The notes beneath the pieces were generated by a model. The model did not search any database. It was not told the DNA's origin and saw only the letters and a list, made by a program, of their open reading frames with translations. A program made the position numbers and the translations under genes. From NCBI GenBank assembly GCA_964036045.1, contig OZ038378.1:173352001-173416000 (forward strand): a stretch of 64,000 bases of DNA, written 5' to 3'. This DNA is from Eutreptiella sp. 'Long Island Sound 2002'. Lineage: Eukaryota; Protista; Euglenida. Of this stretch, positions 1 through 10,602 are shown piece after piece; positions within the stretch are counted from its first letter, which is position 1, and each line of letters opens with the position of its first letter.

Positions 1-2281
1 ATCGATTGCACCACAGCCGACATCAGTGTTCGAACCTGTCCCAGCCCTTGGCCACCCAAACCAAAAGAGCAGCACCCTCACTTTCAGGGGCAGGGGGGTT
101 ACAATTGACCTAAAATGCCAAAAAACCGACACAGCCCATCCACCCATCTTGACTGGGGGAGTTGGGCGAGGCGGACACTTGTATTACTAAGCCATGCCTG
201 AACAGCCTGATTGCAACATGGCGTGATCGGAAGTGCAGATACCGCGAAAACTAAAGGAGCATCTTGGTTGAATAGTGCACTGCCGTCCAAGGCGGCGGCC
301 TGCATAGCTTGTGAATGGTCATCCCGGACTCCGACACTGTTGAACCATGCGGAAACCTGAATCAACGCACATGACCAGAGATACCACTGGGACTTTCCCT
401 GAACAGACCCTGTCCTGGCACGTTGCCGTCCCTTTACGTGGGCCTAAGGGGCCTGACACTAAATCATGGCAAATCAGCGGAACACTGACCCCAGCCCGAC
501 TACGGTACACAGCGAGACGTCACTCACCGAGGAACTGTGGAGACGAAGGGGGTTGGCCGCGCACAAAACTTGGGCCCGGGATCTTCGGGCTCGAGGCGGA
601 GTGTTGAGGGGGGGGGGTGTCTCAGGCTCTATGACAGAGGCAATCCGCTCTCTTTGACAACTGAGGGAGTGTCATGTCACGCCTGCCCGCCTACTGTCCT
701 AAATCTGAATCCCACGCCCACCTGCGGGGGGGGTCAAATAGTGTCCGGTTCACTCTTTGCCATGTCAGAATTCCATTAAAATTTTGTGCATGGTGACTCC
801 ACATCAATGGGGTTTAAATAACTGTTGACTACTCAACATAAACAAAAAACAGAAATTCAGGCAGACGCACAAATGCATCCCCCAAAGCGCCCAACGCGGC
901 GGAATGTTGTCGGCTCACTGTGTATGCGAACAGACTGCTGCCCCTCATGGGCCTCGGATCGGGGAGCTCGACGGGTGCGGTGTTGGAGTCCCCGCTTAAA
1001 CGCCCCGCATGATATGCCCGGACGCAAGGAATCACGGCAAAACAGAGACCACACCACATTTGCTGTGCGGCCCACACAAACAGGCGCGCGAACCCCCTCC
1101 TCGGGTTGTGAGTTCTTGCACCTCGTCCCCCCCCTGCCGCCCCTGTCTGCTTCGCCACCTCCCCGGGCTGTCTCAGACAACCAAAAGGATCCCATTGGAC
1201 CGCTTTTTGTCCTTTGCACTGCGGCATTCTGCTGCTGGTTGGTATGGGGTCAGGACATTTTTCGGTCATTTTTTGACCATTTCGGACCAAATCATGGCCA
1301 CCGACGGCGCTAATGCAGTGAAACAGGTGGTGAAATGTGGCACCGAGCGTTGTTGTTCATCGTCTCGGTTGGTTTGACTTCGCATGGTACACGCTACCAG
1401 CCCCTGACATACCCAAAATGCGGAAAAAAAAGGCGAAGTTTGGCCATTTTTGATAATTTCTGGGCCTCGTAGGACCGGGCGGTGTCCATTGCCCATTGTT
1501 GACTTTTTGTGCTCCGAGGGATTGCACGTCATTCACCCAGGAATCACCCATCGAAATTTGGGAGGAAACCAAACCACTGGGGCCAAAATTTGATTCTTTT
1601 GGCATTTCTGCGCAGCTAACGTGCACGTGCTTGTGCAGATTGCACTGCAGGTGTCCTTCGTATGGGAAATACAGTCCCTGCAGTTGGGCGACCCCGCGCT
1701 TTTGGGCTTCAGCCAAGCATTCTGCCCATCTGTGGAAGAGGTGCAGACGCAGTTAAGAGTACGCCGCGTGTGCCACCTTCGCCCCGCTCACGGATACCAG
1801 GACGTTGTCCGTCGCATGAGGTGCAGAGCACAGGAGGAGAAGAAGGAAAAGAAAAAAGGGAAAGAATGATTGTGGTTGTTAAAAGCCCCTGTCGGGAAAA
1901 TTGTCCTGCAAACGCATACCCCAGCGCGCACAAGGCAGTGCTGGAGTCGGCAAACCCCGCACGGACTCGGAGTGTGCATCTGGATGCACCTGATCAACGG
2001 CACGGGCAACAGCCCGTCTCCAGGACAGCCGACCCTGGAGTAGTCGAACAGGACAAGTCATCCAGGGGCTCCGTTGACACAACCAAAACACGTTCGGGCC
2101 CACAGAGGGTCAGAATGAACAGTGGCGAGAGGCCAATAGGCGCCGCCAAAGGCAAACAATCTGATACCGAGGCCTTGTGCCAAACCCCCCCCCCCCATCC
2201 CACAAACACCACACCGATACAAATGCACCGCAGTCAGAGCAGCGCAACACCACAAAAGTTCGGCGAAGGTTCGGGGGGCCA

Positions 2282-2647
2282 TCACAGACCGCCACTTTCG
2301 TGACAGACAACCTCCGCGTCATCAAGGCCCAGAGAGGGAGGAAGGACCTGCTTTGCAGACCACGCCTCACAGCCATCCAGCTGCGGGTGGGCGATCGCGT
2401 CCGGAATCGTGTACCCCGCCTTCGTGACTCCGTACGCCAACGCACGCTGGTGCCCAAACAGATTCAGACACGGGACCCCCAGTTCGGCGTAAAATGTGGC
2501 CAACACTTCGGAATTGCGCTGTCTGTCTTGAAACAGCTCCGCGACAATACTGAGGACAGTACCATCGATGCCCTCAACGATGAATTGCCGGACCGTGTCG
2601 GACTGCAGCTCAGCGTTCTGCAGCCATCCATCTACGCGGATCACAGC
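2282..2647 (-). CDS. Probable last exon of the long minus-strand gene, SAM (sterile alpha motif)-like domain
   Basis: Acceptor ttcattag|GCT at 2648/2647, phase 0. Translation AVIRVDGWLQNAEL...FIVEGIDGTVL...ELGVPCLNLFGHQRALAYGVTK fits the SAM pattern WL..L..F....IDG..L....LG+...GH, with an insertion. Stop at 2282-2284. Confidence 0.6.
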   Translation of the reverse strand, partial: AVIRVDGWLQNAELQSDTVRQFIVEGIDGTVLSIVAELFQDRQRNSEVLATFYAELGVPCLNLFGHQRALAYGVTKAGYTIPDAIAHPQLDGCEAWSAKQVLPPSLGLDDAEVVCHESGGL

Positions 2648-3097
2648 CTAATGAAGGAGCATGTGATCCAAGTGCTACTGTAAGATCAGCCGGGGGTGTT
2701 ACAATTCGACATACGAAGTGCAATACAGACACGCGGTCAGGGGGCGGGCAGGAAAAAAATCCCTTCCCCCCATGGTGGCACTTTCCAAGAGCATACACCC
2801 CCTCCCCCCCACCGTAGTGGGTATAAAGATAATTTCTCCCGCAGGGCTGTGTCTGCACCACATGATCGCCCCGTTGCCTCCCTATGTACCGCAAAACCAA
2901 ACCCCAACCCCGGCAAAACACACGAATGACGAAAATCTAGCCCCCACCGCGGCTGTTCTGCAACCGCCGCCTCCCGCCCCCGAACCGGATTGCACACCAC
3001 GGCCAACCATTTTGCGTCCGCTGCCCTGCCCTGTGGCCCCCTTCCCTTCAAGCGCACCCTCCGCCCCCCATCAAATGCTCCTTCAAGGGTGCTTCAC

Positions 3098-3186
3098 CTG
3101 CTCAGGCTGCAGCTTTTCGAAGCCTCCAGACATCGTGGGCATCGCACGGTCAACGCCTTCCAGATGGGTGCCGAGACCTTCAGGGC
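3098..3186 (-). CDS. 89-nt internal exon (PEGLGTHLEGVDRAMPTMSGGFEKLQPEQ)
   Basis: Acceptor ctcttgttgcag|GC and donor CAG|gtgaag. It starts phase 1 (matching donor at 4252) and ends phase 0 (matching SAM exon). LQPEQ-AV..V.GWL supplies the start of the SAM helix. Confidence 0.5.
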
Positions 3187-4251
3187 CTGCAACAAGAGCG
3201 AAGGCGACAAACGAGGCCGTAGTCGTTCAACTCAGTACACCCAAAACGACCACCCAAATAGCTACACGCAGGCGGTCTCGTCCCTGCGGGTCCTGGATTG
3301 CACGCGGCGTCAGTTGCAGCAATTGCGTGCATCAAAACGTAGCGCTTTGGAGCAGACGAGCATTCTGTTGGTCTGCTCCGCGGACATAGGCCGGGTCCGG
3401 GTCTGGGTCACGGTAGATCCGAAAGGTGCCACAAGTAGCGACAGGCCCGTCAGCAAGTCCACGGCCATAACCTGCGACCTGTTGGCTCAGCGCAACACAC
3501 GTTCGGTGTCCGCGCTTAGACAAAGAAGGGAGGCTCGGATGTTGCACTGGGTGCCTTCAGGCGAAGGCCGCAAAGCTCAATCCTCAGGGACTCGAAAATA
3601 AACAGTGCGGGGGGAGTTGACAACTGAGGGAGGTACGAGGGCAGCGTGGCCCTTTCAGCCCCCTCGACTGGGCAGATCCAGAGATGCATGATCACCACCG
3701 GAATCGTGCACCTGAAAGAGTCTGCATCTGTGCAGTGAGAAGCAGTGGCATGCTTGGTCCTCATCCCTCTTTCCCACTGTATCTCTGGTTCGACAGGATT
3801 CTCGGCAAGGTGGCCGCACTCAAGTTCAGAACGGCCACCCACTTTTGCGCGATTTACCTCATGTTTCTTTGGAATTCTCTTCACTTTACAGCTTTAAGCC
3901 AGGCAAAAGGGTGCATGATGCGAGCCCGCCGCCACGCCGCCTGCAGCTGCACTCCCGGTCCCTTTTGCTGGGGGCCTCCTGCAGGCCCGCATGCTCTGCG
4001 GCGCCTATACTCATCAACTACTTTGCCTGTGGTATGGGAGGGTACCGCAGTGATGCCACGGTCTCACATCACGCAGGCATAAGCACGGGCAGCGGGTTAC
4101 CCTGCAACCCCAGGACAGAACGACCGGCAGTGGGGACGCCCCACGCCACAGCACACCCACAAACCCCAACCAACACCACACGCACCACGCATGCACCACT
4201 CCGGCAGCCTACCAACTCACCAATGGGAGCCAGAAAACGGGCATACATGAC

Positions 4252-7200
4252 CTGCAATGGCCTTTTGCTGGACCTCCTGCTCGACCGTCGCTTTCTCGTG
4301 TCTCCCTCCATCTTCAGATCCGACGTCACCTGCCTCATTCCTGACGTTGAGCCCGTCCCCTCGCGCACTGTCGTCATTGTCACCGTCTCCCTCTCGCTTG
4401 ACCCGTTTCCCACGCTCCGTGTCCTGAGTGCCACCGTCTCCCTCTCGCTTGACCCGTTTCCCACGCTCCGTGTCCTGAGTGCCACCGTCTCCCTCTCGCT
4501 TGACCCGTTTCCCACGCTCCGTGTCCTGAGTGCCACCGTCTCCCTCTCGCTTGACCCGTTTCCCACGCTCCGTGTCCTGAGCGCCACCGTCTCCCTCTCG
4601 CTTGACCCGTTCCCCACGCTCTGTGTCCTGAGTGTCGCCAATATTGTCCTCTTTCCCACGTCCCTCGCGCGGCAACGTGGACTCGGCAGGGTTTTTGGAG
4701 CGCCTCACCACCCGGTGTGCCAATCCGTCCTCATTGGCAGCCCTTTCATGCCGGAACCAGCAATGTGCTCCAAACATGCAGCTACCGGCGGCCCAATGCC
4801 AACAGACCTCCGGGTCACCATGCCCCTCGTTGCCGTGTGAGTACCAGCACCGCTCCCCAAGCGTGCAATTCCCTGCAGTCCAGTTTGCACACAGCGCTCT
4901 ACTCCGGACATCTTCCCCAGCAAGCCCGTGCCTGAAACAGCAGCGATCTTCGAATCCGCAGTGGCCCATATGCCAATCCGGACACGGCACAATGCTTTTA
5001 TCGGGCTGTAGGGTGTGCTTACCCTGGCAATCTGAGCCCACATAGCAACGCCCCTCAAGGAAACCTCTGCATAGCACATTCGGGCCGTGCTCATATTTAC
5101 CCCTCTTCGACGGCCGCATCTCGTCCGGAGCATCCCTGTCATATTCCCTGCATCTGCCAATGATCTGTGGCATGTCTTCTTTCAGCCACGGGCCCCTTCC
5201 GCTCTCCCATGTCATCTCCCTCTCCATCTCTCTCTCCCACATTCTCCGCCGGAGGCTCTCCCTTTCCCTTGCCCTCTCCCTCTCCCGCTCCCTTTCCCTG
5301 TCTCGCTCACCCTCCCTCTCCCTCTCCCCCTCCCTCTCCCTCTGCTTGTTCTTCTGTCTCTGTGTCACCCTCTCTGTATCGCTCTGCCGCCGCCTCTCCC
5401 TCTCCCTTCCGCTATTGTTGCGGTCATTGCCTCTCCCCCCCTCCCCCGTCCTGCCCTTCTCCCTCACCTTCTTCGTATCCCTCCGACTTTGTCGATCCCT
5501 TTGCCTGTTGCTGTCCCTGTCTCGCTCCCTATCCCTTTCGCTCCCCCTCTCCCTTCCACTTTGTCGATCCCTTTGCCTGCTGGTGTCCCTGTCTCGCTTC
5601 CTACGCCTCTCTCTCCCCCTGTTCCTTCCACTTTGTCGATCCCTTTCCCTGCTGCTGCCCCTGTCTCGCTCACTCTCCTTCTCCCTTCCCCTCCCCCTTC
5701 CACTTTGTCGATCCCTTTCCCTGCTGCTGCCTCTGTCTCGCTCACTCTCCCTCTCCCTCTCCCTCTCCCTCTCCCTCTCCCTCTCCCTCTCCCTCTCCCT
5801 CTCCCTCTCCCTCTCCCTCTCCCTCTCCCTCTCCCTCTCCCTCTGCTTGTTCTTCTGTCTCTGTGTCGCCCTCTCTGTATCGCTCTGCCGCCGCCTCTCC
5901 CTCTCCCTTTCGCTATTGTTGCGGTCATTGCCTCTCCCCCCCTCCCCCGTCCTGCCCTTCTCCCTCACCTTCTCCGTCTCCCTCCGACTTCGTCGATCCC
6001 GTTCCTCGCTGCTGTCCCTGTCTCGCTCCCTATCCCTTTCGCTCCCCCTCTCCCTTCCACTTTGTTGATCCCCTTCCACACCGCAGTCCCTGTCTCGCTC
6101 ACTCTCCCTCCCCCTCCTCCTTCCCCTTTGTTGATACGCCTGCCTCACCTTCTGCCCCTTCCTTTCCTTCTCTTCGTCCCTTCCCCTGTCCCCGTCCCTC
6201 TCACTGTGCCAATGCCTCTCCCTATCCATCTCTCTACCTTTCTCTCTCAGTGCGCATCGGCGTCGCTTCCGAGGCCTGGCCTCCTCCGCCTGTTCATCAT
6301 CACCCATACTTCCCGCCGCCTTGCAGCCTCCCCTGTCGACCCATCTGCGTCCAGAACTCATACGCAGCACTGTGTCATCCGGGTTCCTTCCGCTACATAT
6401 CGGCGACTTTTCTGCATCACTTGCCCTTGCTTCCTTCCTGTCCCTCTGTCTTTCTGCTTCACTCTCTGCCGGACTTGACGTTTCCGTACCCAGTGCTGGC
6501 TCCATGTCTCTTTCTCCTTCTCTCTTAATGTCGTTCCGACTCTTCTTCCTCTGTCCTTCCCTCTCTGCCCCCCTCTCTGTCTGCTCTGATGTTTCTGGAT
6601 CTGGTGCAGCACTCTCTGCCTGACTTGACGTTTCTGTACCAGTTGCTGACTCCATGTCTCTTTCTCTCGCTCTCTTAATGTCCTTCTGAACCTTCTTGCT
6701 CTGTCCCTCCCTCTCTGCCCCCCTCTCTGTCTGCTCTGATGTTTCTGTATCTGGTGCAGCACTCTCTGCCTGACTTGACGTTTCTGAGCCCGGTGATGAC
6801 TCCACCTCTAATTTTCCCTCTCTCTTAATGGCCTTCCGACTCTTCTTCCTCTGTCCTTCCCTCTCTGCCTCACTCTCTGACTGCCCTGATGTTTCTGTAT
6901 CTGCTGCTCCACTCTCTGCCTGACTTGACGTTTCTGTACCAGTTGCTGACTCCATGTCTCTTTCTCTCGCTCTCTTAATGTCCTTCTGAACCTTCTTGCT
7001 CTGTCCCTCCCTCTCTGCCCCCCTCTCTGTCTGCTCTGATGTTTCTGTATCTGGTGCAGCACTCTCTGCCTGACTTGACGTTTCTGAATCCGACGATGAC
7101 TCCACCTCTAATTTTCCCTCTCTCTTGATGTCGTTCCGACTCATTTTCCTCTGTCCTTCCCTCTCTGCCCCCCTCTCTGTCTGCTCTGATGTTTCTGTAT

Positions 7201-7507
7201 CTGGTGCAGCACTCTCTGCCTGACTTGACGTTACTGAGCCCGTTGCCAGCTCCATGTCTCTTTCTCCCTCTCTCTTAATATCCTTCCGACTCTTCTTCCC
7301 CTTTCTCCCTTTCTCTGCCTCACTCTCTGCCTCACTCTCTGCCTGACTTCCCTTTTCTGTATCCATTGCTGACTCCACGTCTCTTTCCCCTTGTGTCTTC
7401 CTGTATGTCTGTGTCTTCTCCTTCTCTCTCTCCATTGTTCTCTGTGTTTGAAACTCTTCCTTGCTCTCCTCCATCTGACGTCTTTCCTTCGTCTGACCCC
7501 GCGTTAC
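4252..7507 (-). CDS. Giant exon: Ser/Glu-rich 50-aa repeats, RE-dipeptide domain, four CCCH zinc fingers, 17-aa repeats (probable RNA-binding protein)
   Basis: Uninterrupted ORF 4217-7474 (1085 aa). Four C-x7-C-x5-C-x3-H fingers at ~4747-5071. Strong acceptor ttttctttcttcag|GTA at 7508/7507, in frame 33 nt before the ATG. Candidate donor GCA G|gtcatg at 4252/4251. If unspliced, the ORF ends at 4217. Confidence 0.85.
4378..4632 (-). repeat. Coding minisatellite, 5 x 51 bp (GDGGTQDTERGKRVKRE)
   Basis: Near-identical units caccgtctccctctcgcttgacccgtttcccacgctccgtgtcctgagtgc. Confidence 0.95.
5230..6260 (-). repeat. GA-rich coding low-complexity region: RE/RD repeats, (CTCTCC)n tract and a ~501-bp internal duplication
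   Basis: (CTCTCC)n at ~5745-5845. The block starting at 5341 recurs at 5842. Confidence 0.9.
6460..7350 (-). repeat. Coding 150-bp tandem repeat (~6 units) with A/B alternation (300-bp higher-order unit)
   Basis: Motif actctctgcctgacttgacg recurs at 6461, 6611, 6761, 6911, 7061 and 7211. Alternate units end DIKRARERDMES or (D/A)IKREGKLEVES. Confidence 0.9.
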
Positions 7508-8383
7508 CTGAAGAAAGAAAAGACTTTGGCTCTTTGTGTGGTCTTAATTGGCCGAACCAATGCACAAGTAGGTGCCCATATACAGCTCCCCAGACTGTGA
7601 GTCAACCAGTAGGCACCCCAATCCTGAATGTGCCCAATGTACACAAAGCACATATGCCACCCACATGTACTCACCTGATGTATACCGCCCTCCCATGTAT
7701 GGCTTTGGCCAGATGGGCCGAGCAGCCGCTATGTGGCTCCCCATGGGTCTAAAACATGCTTTACATGGGATATTTGATCGTTGTGGGTGGTCACAAAGTC
7801 GAAAAAAATCAGTTTTAGAAATTTCAATTTCTGAGAAGTCAAAGCTGAAAACCAAAATCCGGCAATATGTTTTTTTGGCGGGGGGGGGGGGGGTCCAGCA
7901 GCTCACGCACAGGAGGCCCTGGGAAACTACTATTGTACATGCTGCTCCAGGCTGTACCGCTTCTCCTGCGTTGCAGTTCATTTTGAATACCACTTAGAGG
8001 TATGGGTGTGGAGTTGGTTTTGTCTGCCTGAGTGCAGAAATACGGCAACATGTGCCTGGAAATGCAAAGTGGATGGCAATAAAAGATTTGGAATACATGC
8101 ATCTCGTCGTACATCAGAACAGTCATTCAATTGTGCTGTGGGCAGAACGCTTGCTCAGCAGTATGTGATCATCAAATGATTCAGTGCAGCGTGTAAATGC
8201 AAAGGTGAAAAAGAGAATTGCCAAACAGGTCACGGTAATGCTTCCTTTCACATATGCACAATCCTGCCTCAGGAGTTCTTTTGTTAAGCCCAGCCTGAGC
8301 AAAGGGCCAATATAGACTGAAACAACATGCTCTGCAACCTCTGAGACTTAGCAAGAGCCATGTCAGGAGGGCTTTGCATGAAC

Positions 8384-8608
8384 CTGGCAATCCAAGTCTC
8401 CGTGGGAGAACACAGCTGTGGGCTCCAAGCAGGCCACCAGACCCTCCTTGTGCTCGAGGAGTTTCTGCAGCATATCCTTCCCGTAGACTTCCACCAGGTA
8501 CGCAATGGCACAGGTGGCTGCCGCACGGAACTCCGTCTGTGGGTGGTGCAGGAAGTGCAGCGCTTCGGTGAGCACAACCTCCATCTGGTCCTCCAGCAGT
8601 TTGCGCCT
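8384..8608 (-). CDS. Exon encoding a HEAT/ARM-like helical repeat
   Basis: Acceptor gcgcttcag|AGG, phase 0. RRKLLEDQMEVVLTEALHFLHHPQTEFRAAATCAIAYLVEVYGKDMLQKLL has the HEAT pattern L.HP..E.R..A..A+..L. Donor CAG|gttcat is in phase with the 7507 exon; otherwise stop at 8363. Confidence 0.7.
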
Positions 8609-8873
8609 CTGAAGCGCAGCAGCAACCTGCGTTGAGGCATGTGGAAGTGGTGGGTAGAACTTGGGACTGTTGGGTTGCTGCGGGGTGATGAGGGTAAGAC
8701 TAAGAAGTGCTGGGGTGTGAGTAATGGCATGGGTGTGAGCGGGTACAGGTGGATATGGTGAAGGCTTGGAAACATTGGGTCATCATCTGGGTATGGGTAA
8801 GTGTGCGATTTGTGCTGATGGTAATGGTAATGGGAATGGCAATGGTAATGACAATGGTAGTGGCAATGGCACA

Positions 8874-8987
8874 GTATGGTATGGTATGATATGGTATGGT
8901 ATGGTATGGTATGGTATGGTATGGTATGGTATGGTATGGTATGGTATGGTATGGTATGGTATGGTATGGTATGGTATGGTATGGTAT
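8874..8987. repeat. (TATGG)n microsatellite, left flank of the retroelement
   Basis: About 22 units read directly. Confidence 0.97.
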
Positions 8988-9014
8988 GTTGTTGTTGTTG
9001 TTGTTGTGAGGGCA

Positions 9015-9214
9015 NNNNNNNNNNNNNNNNNNNNNNNNNNNNNNNNNNNNNNNNNNNNNNNNNNNNNNNNNNNNNNNNNNNNNNNNNNNNNNNNNNNNNN
9101 NNNNNNNNNNNNNNNNNNNNNNNNNNNNNNNNNNNNNNNNNNNNNNNNNNNNNNNNNNNNNNNNNNNNNNNNNNNNNNNNNNNNNNNNNNNNNNNNNNNN
9201 NNNNNNNNNNNNNN
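9015..9214. other. Assembly gap (200 N)
   Basis: Run of n. Confidence 0.99.
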
Positions 9215-10295
9215 GGAGCGGGACCACAGGCCGGCGGTCTACCGTGAGGCGCCAAGTGGCGCAATGGCGGAGGAGCCAGACTAGGGCGATGCTGTGGCGC
9301 AGTGTGTGGGGCTGGGTGCAGGGCGGCGTGGGGACGTGCGGCGGGAGGGGGGGGGGCGGGGCGGTGACGTGGGAGGGGGCACGGCGGAGGAGTGACGCTA
9401 GCGACGTGTGCGTCGTGCTGAGGGTGGAGAGGAGCTCGCGGAGGAGTCCCTCCCGGCCGGCGCTGTCCAGCAGTGGGGGGGCGCCGTGGGGGGAGGAGGA
9501 GTGCCACATGCCGAGCAGACTGAACCCCAACTGCGTCGGGGGGCCGGGTCGCGGGGCGGCTGGGAGGTGCTCGGAGAGGTACACTGCGGTGGTGGCCGTG
9601 CGGAGCTCTAAAGGTGTGACGAGGCGGGGGGAGTGGCCGGCTGTGGCTGCCAGGACGGGCGGGTGCGTGAACAGGCGCCACGCGAGGAGTAACTGCAGGG
9701 CGTAGTGGGGGGGGCAGTGGTATTGGAGGTGGGCGGCGGAGTCCGGGTAGGGGCGGTGACAGAAGGGGCACGTCACGCCTCCGTAGCCGGGGGGGTGGTC
9801 CTGGGAGTGCAGTAGCCGGAGGTGCATGATGCGGTGGAGGGCCAGTGCCGGGATCTCGGCGCGTTCATACGCGAGGCGGAGTAGGTGGGAGGACCAGCCT
9901 GGGGGCAGGGGCCGGAGGTGCAGCGCGTGGGTGCGGGCGGTGGTGGCCGCATACGCTGCCTCTGCGGCGCGCGCGGGGCTAAGGAAGATGGCGCCCTCAC
10001 GGAGCGCCACGATGCGGCCGTGGAAGAGTGCGGACCAGGGGAGGGTCCACGGGGAGGCGGCGTGGAGCCCGCGGCGGGCTAGGCTGTCGGCCTCGGCGTT
10101 GAGGGTGGCGAGGTGGCTGGCGGAGCCGGAGTCGTGTTGCGCGGGGAGCCAGGCCTCGTGCATGCGGAAGGAGGCGGAGAGGAGGGCCGCCCGGTACGGG
10201 ATGGAGAGGGCGGAGGAGGGGGGCGGGCCGCGGGTGAGATCGCAGAGTTGGGAGGCGGTGGAGTCCGAGGCGAAGAGGGCTTCGCCGGACCAGCC
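9215..10295 (-). pseudogene. 3' part of the retroelement pol: RNase H C-terminal half and CCHC-type knuckle
   Basis: ALFASDSTASQLCDL (DS motif), WLPAQHDSGS..LNAEADSLARRG (RNase H N..AD..A motif), then CPFCHRPYPDSAAHLQYHCP. The frame is closed by TGA just upstream and runs into the N gap. Confidence 0.7.
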
Positions 10296-10602
10296 GGGGG
10301 GAGGCCAAGGGGGAGAAGGTCAGCAGAGTGTGTGCACACGGGGCAGTGCGTGAGGGCCGGGCGCCGCAGCGTGCCGCAGTGAAGGCATACACGGGGGGCG
10401 GAGGCCGGTGGTGTAGCGGGTGCGCGGGGGGGGGGGTCCCCCGGGCGTGGGATTGGGGACGGGGCTCCGGGCCGGAGAGGAGGTCAGCCCCGGCGCGGTG
10501 GGCGTCGAGTGGGCGGGGGAAGTGGGAGGCGAGGAAGGTCGCCCAGGCCAGGGTCGGGAGGTCGGGAGCGCTGGAGGCGGGGAGAGTGTCTGGCAGTGCG
10601 AG

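Noticed and set aside
5087-6528. Long plus-strand ORFs (463, 302 and 453 aa)
   Set aside because: Antisense shadows of the GA-rich coding repeat, with LP/LS/SP dipeptide translations.
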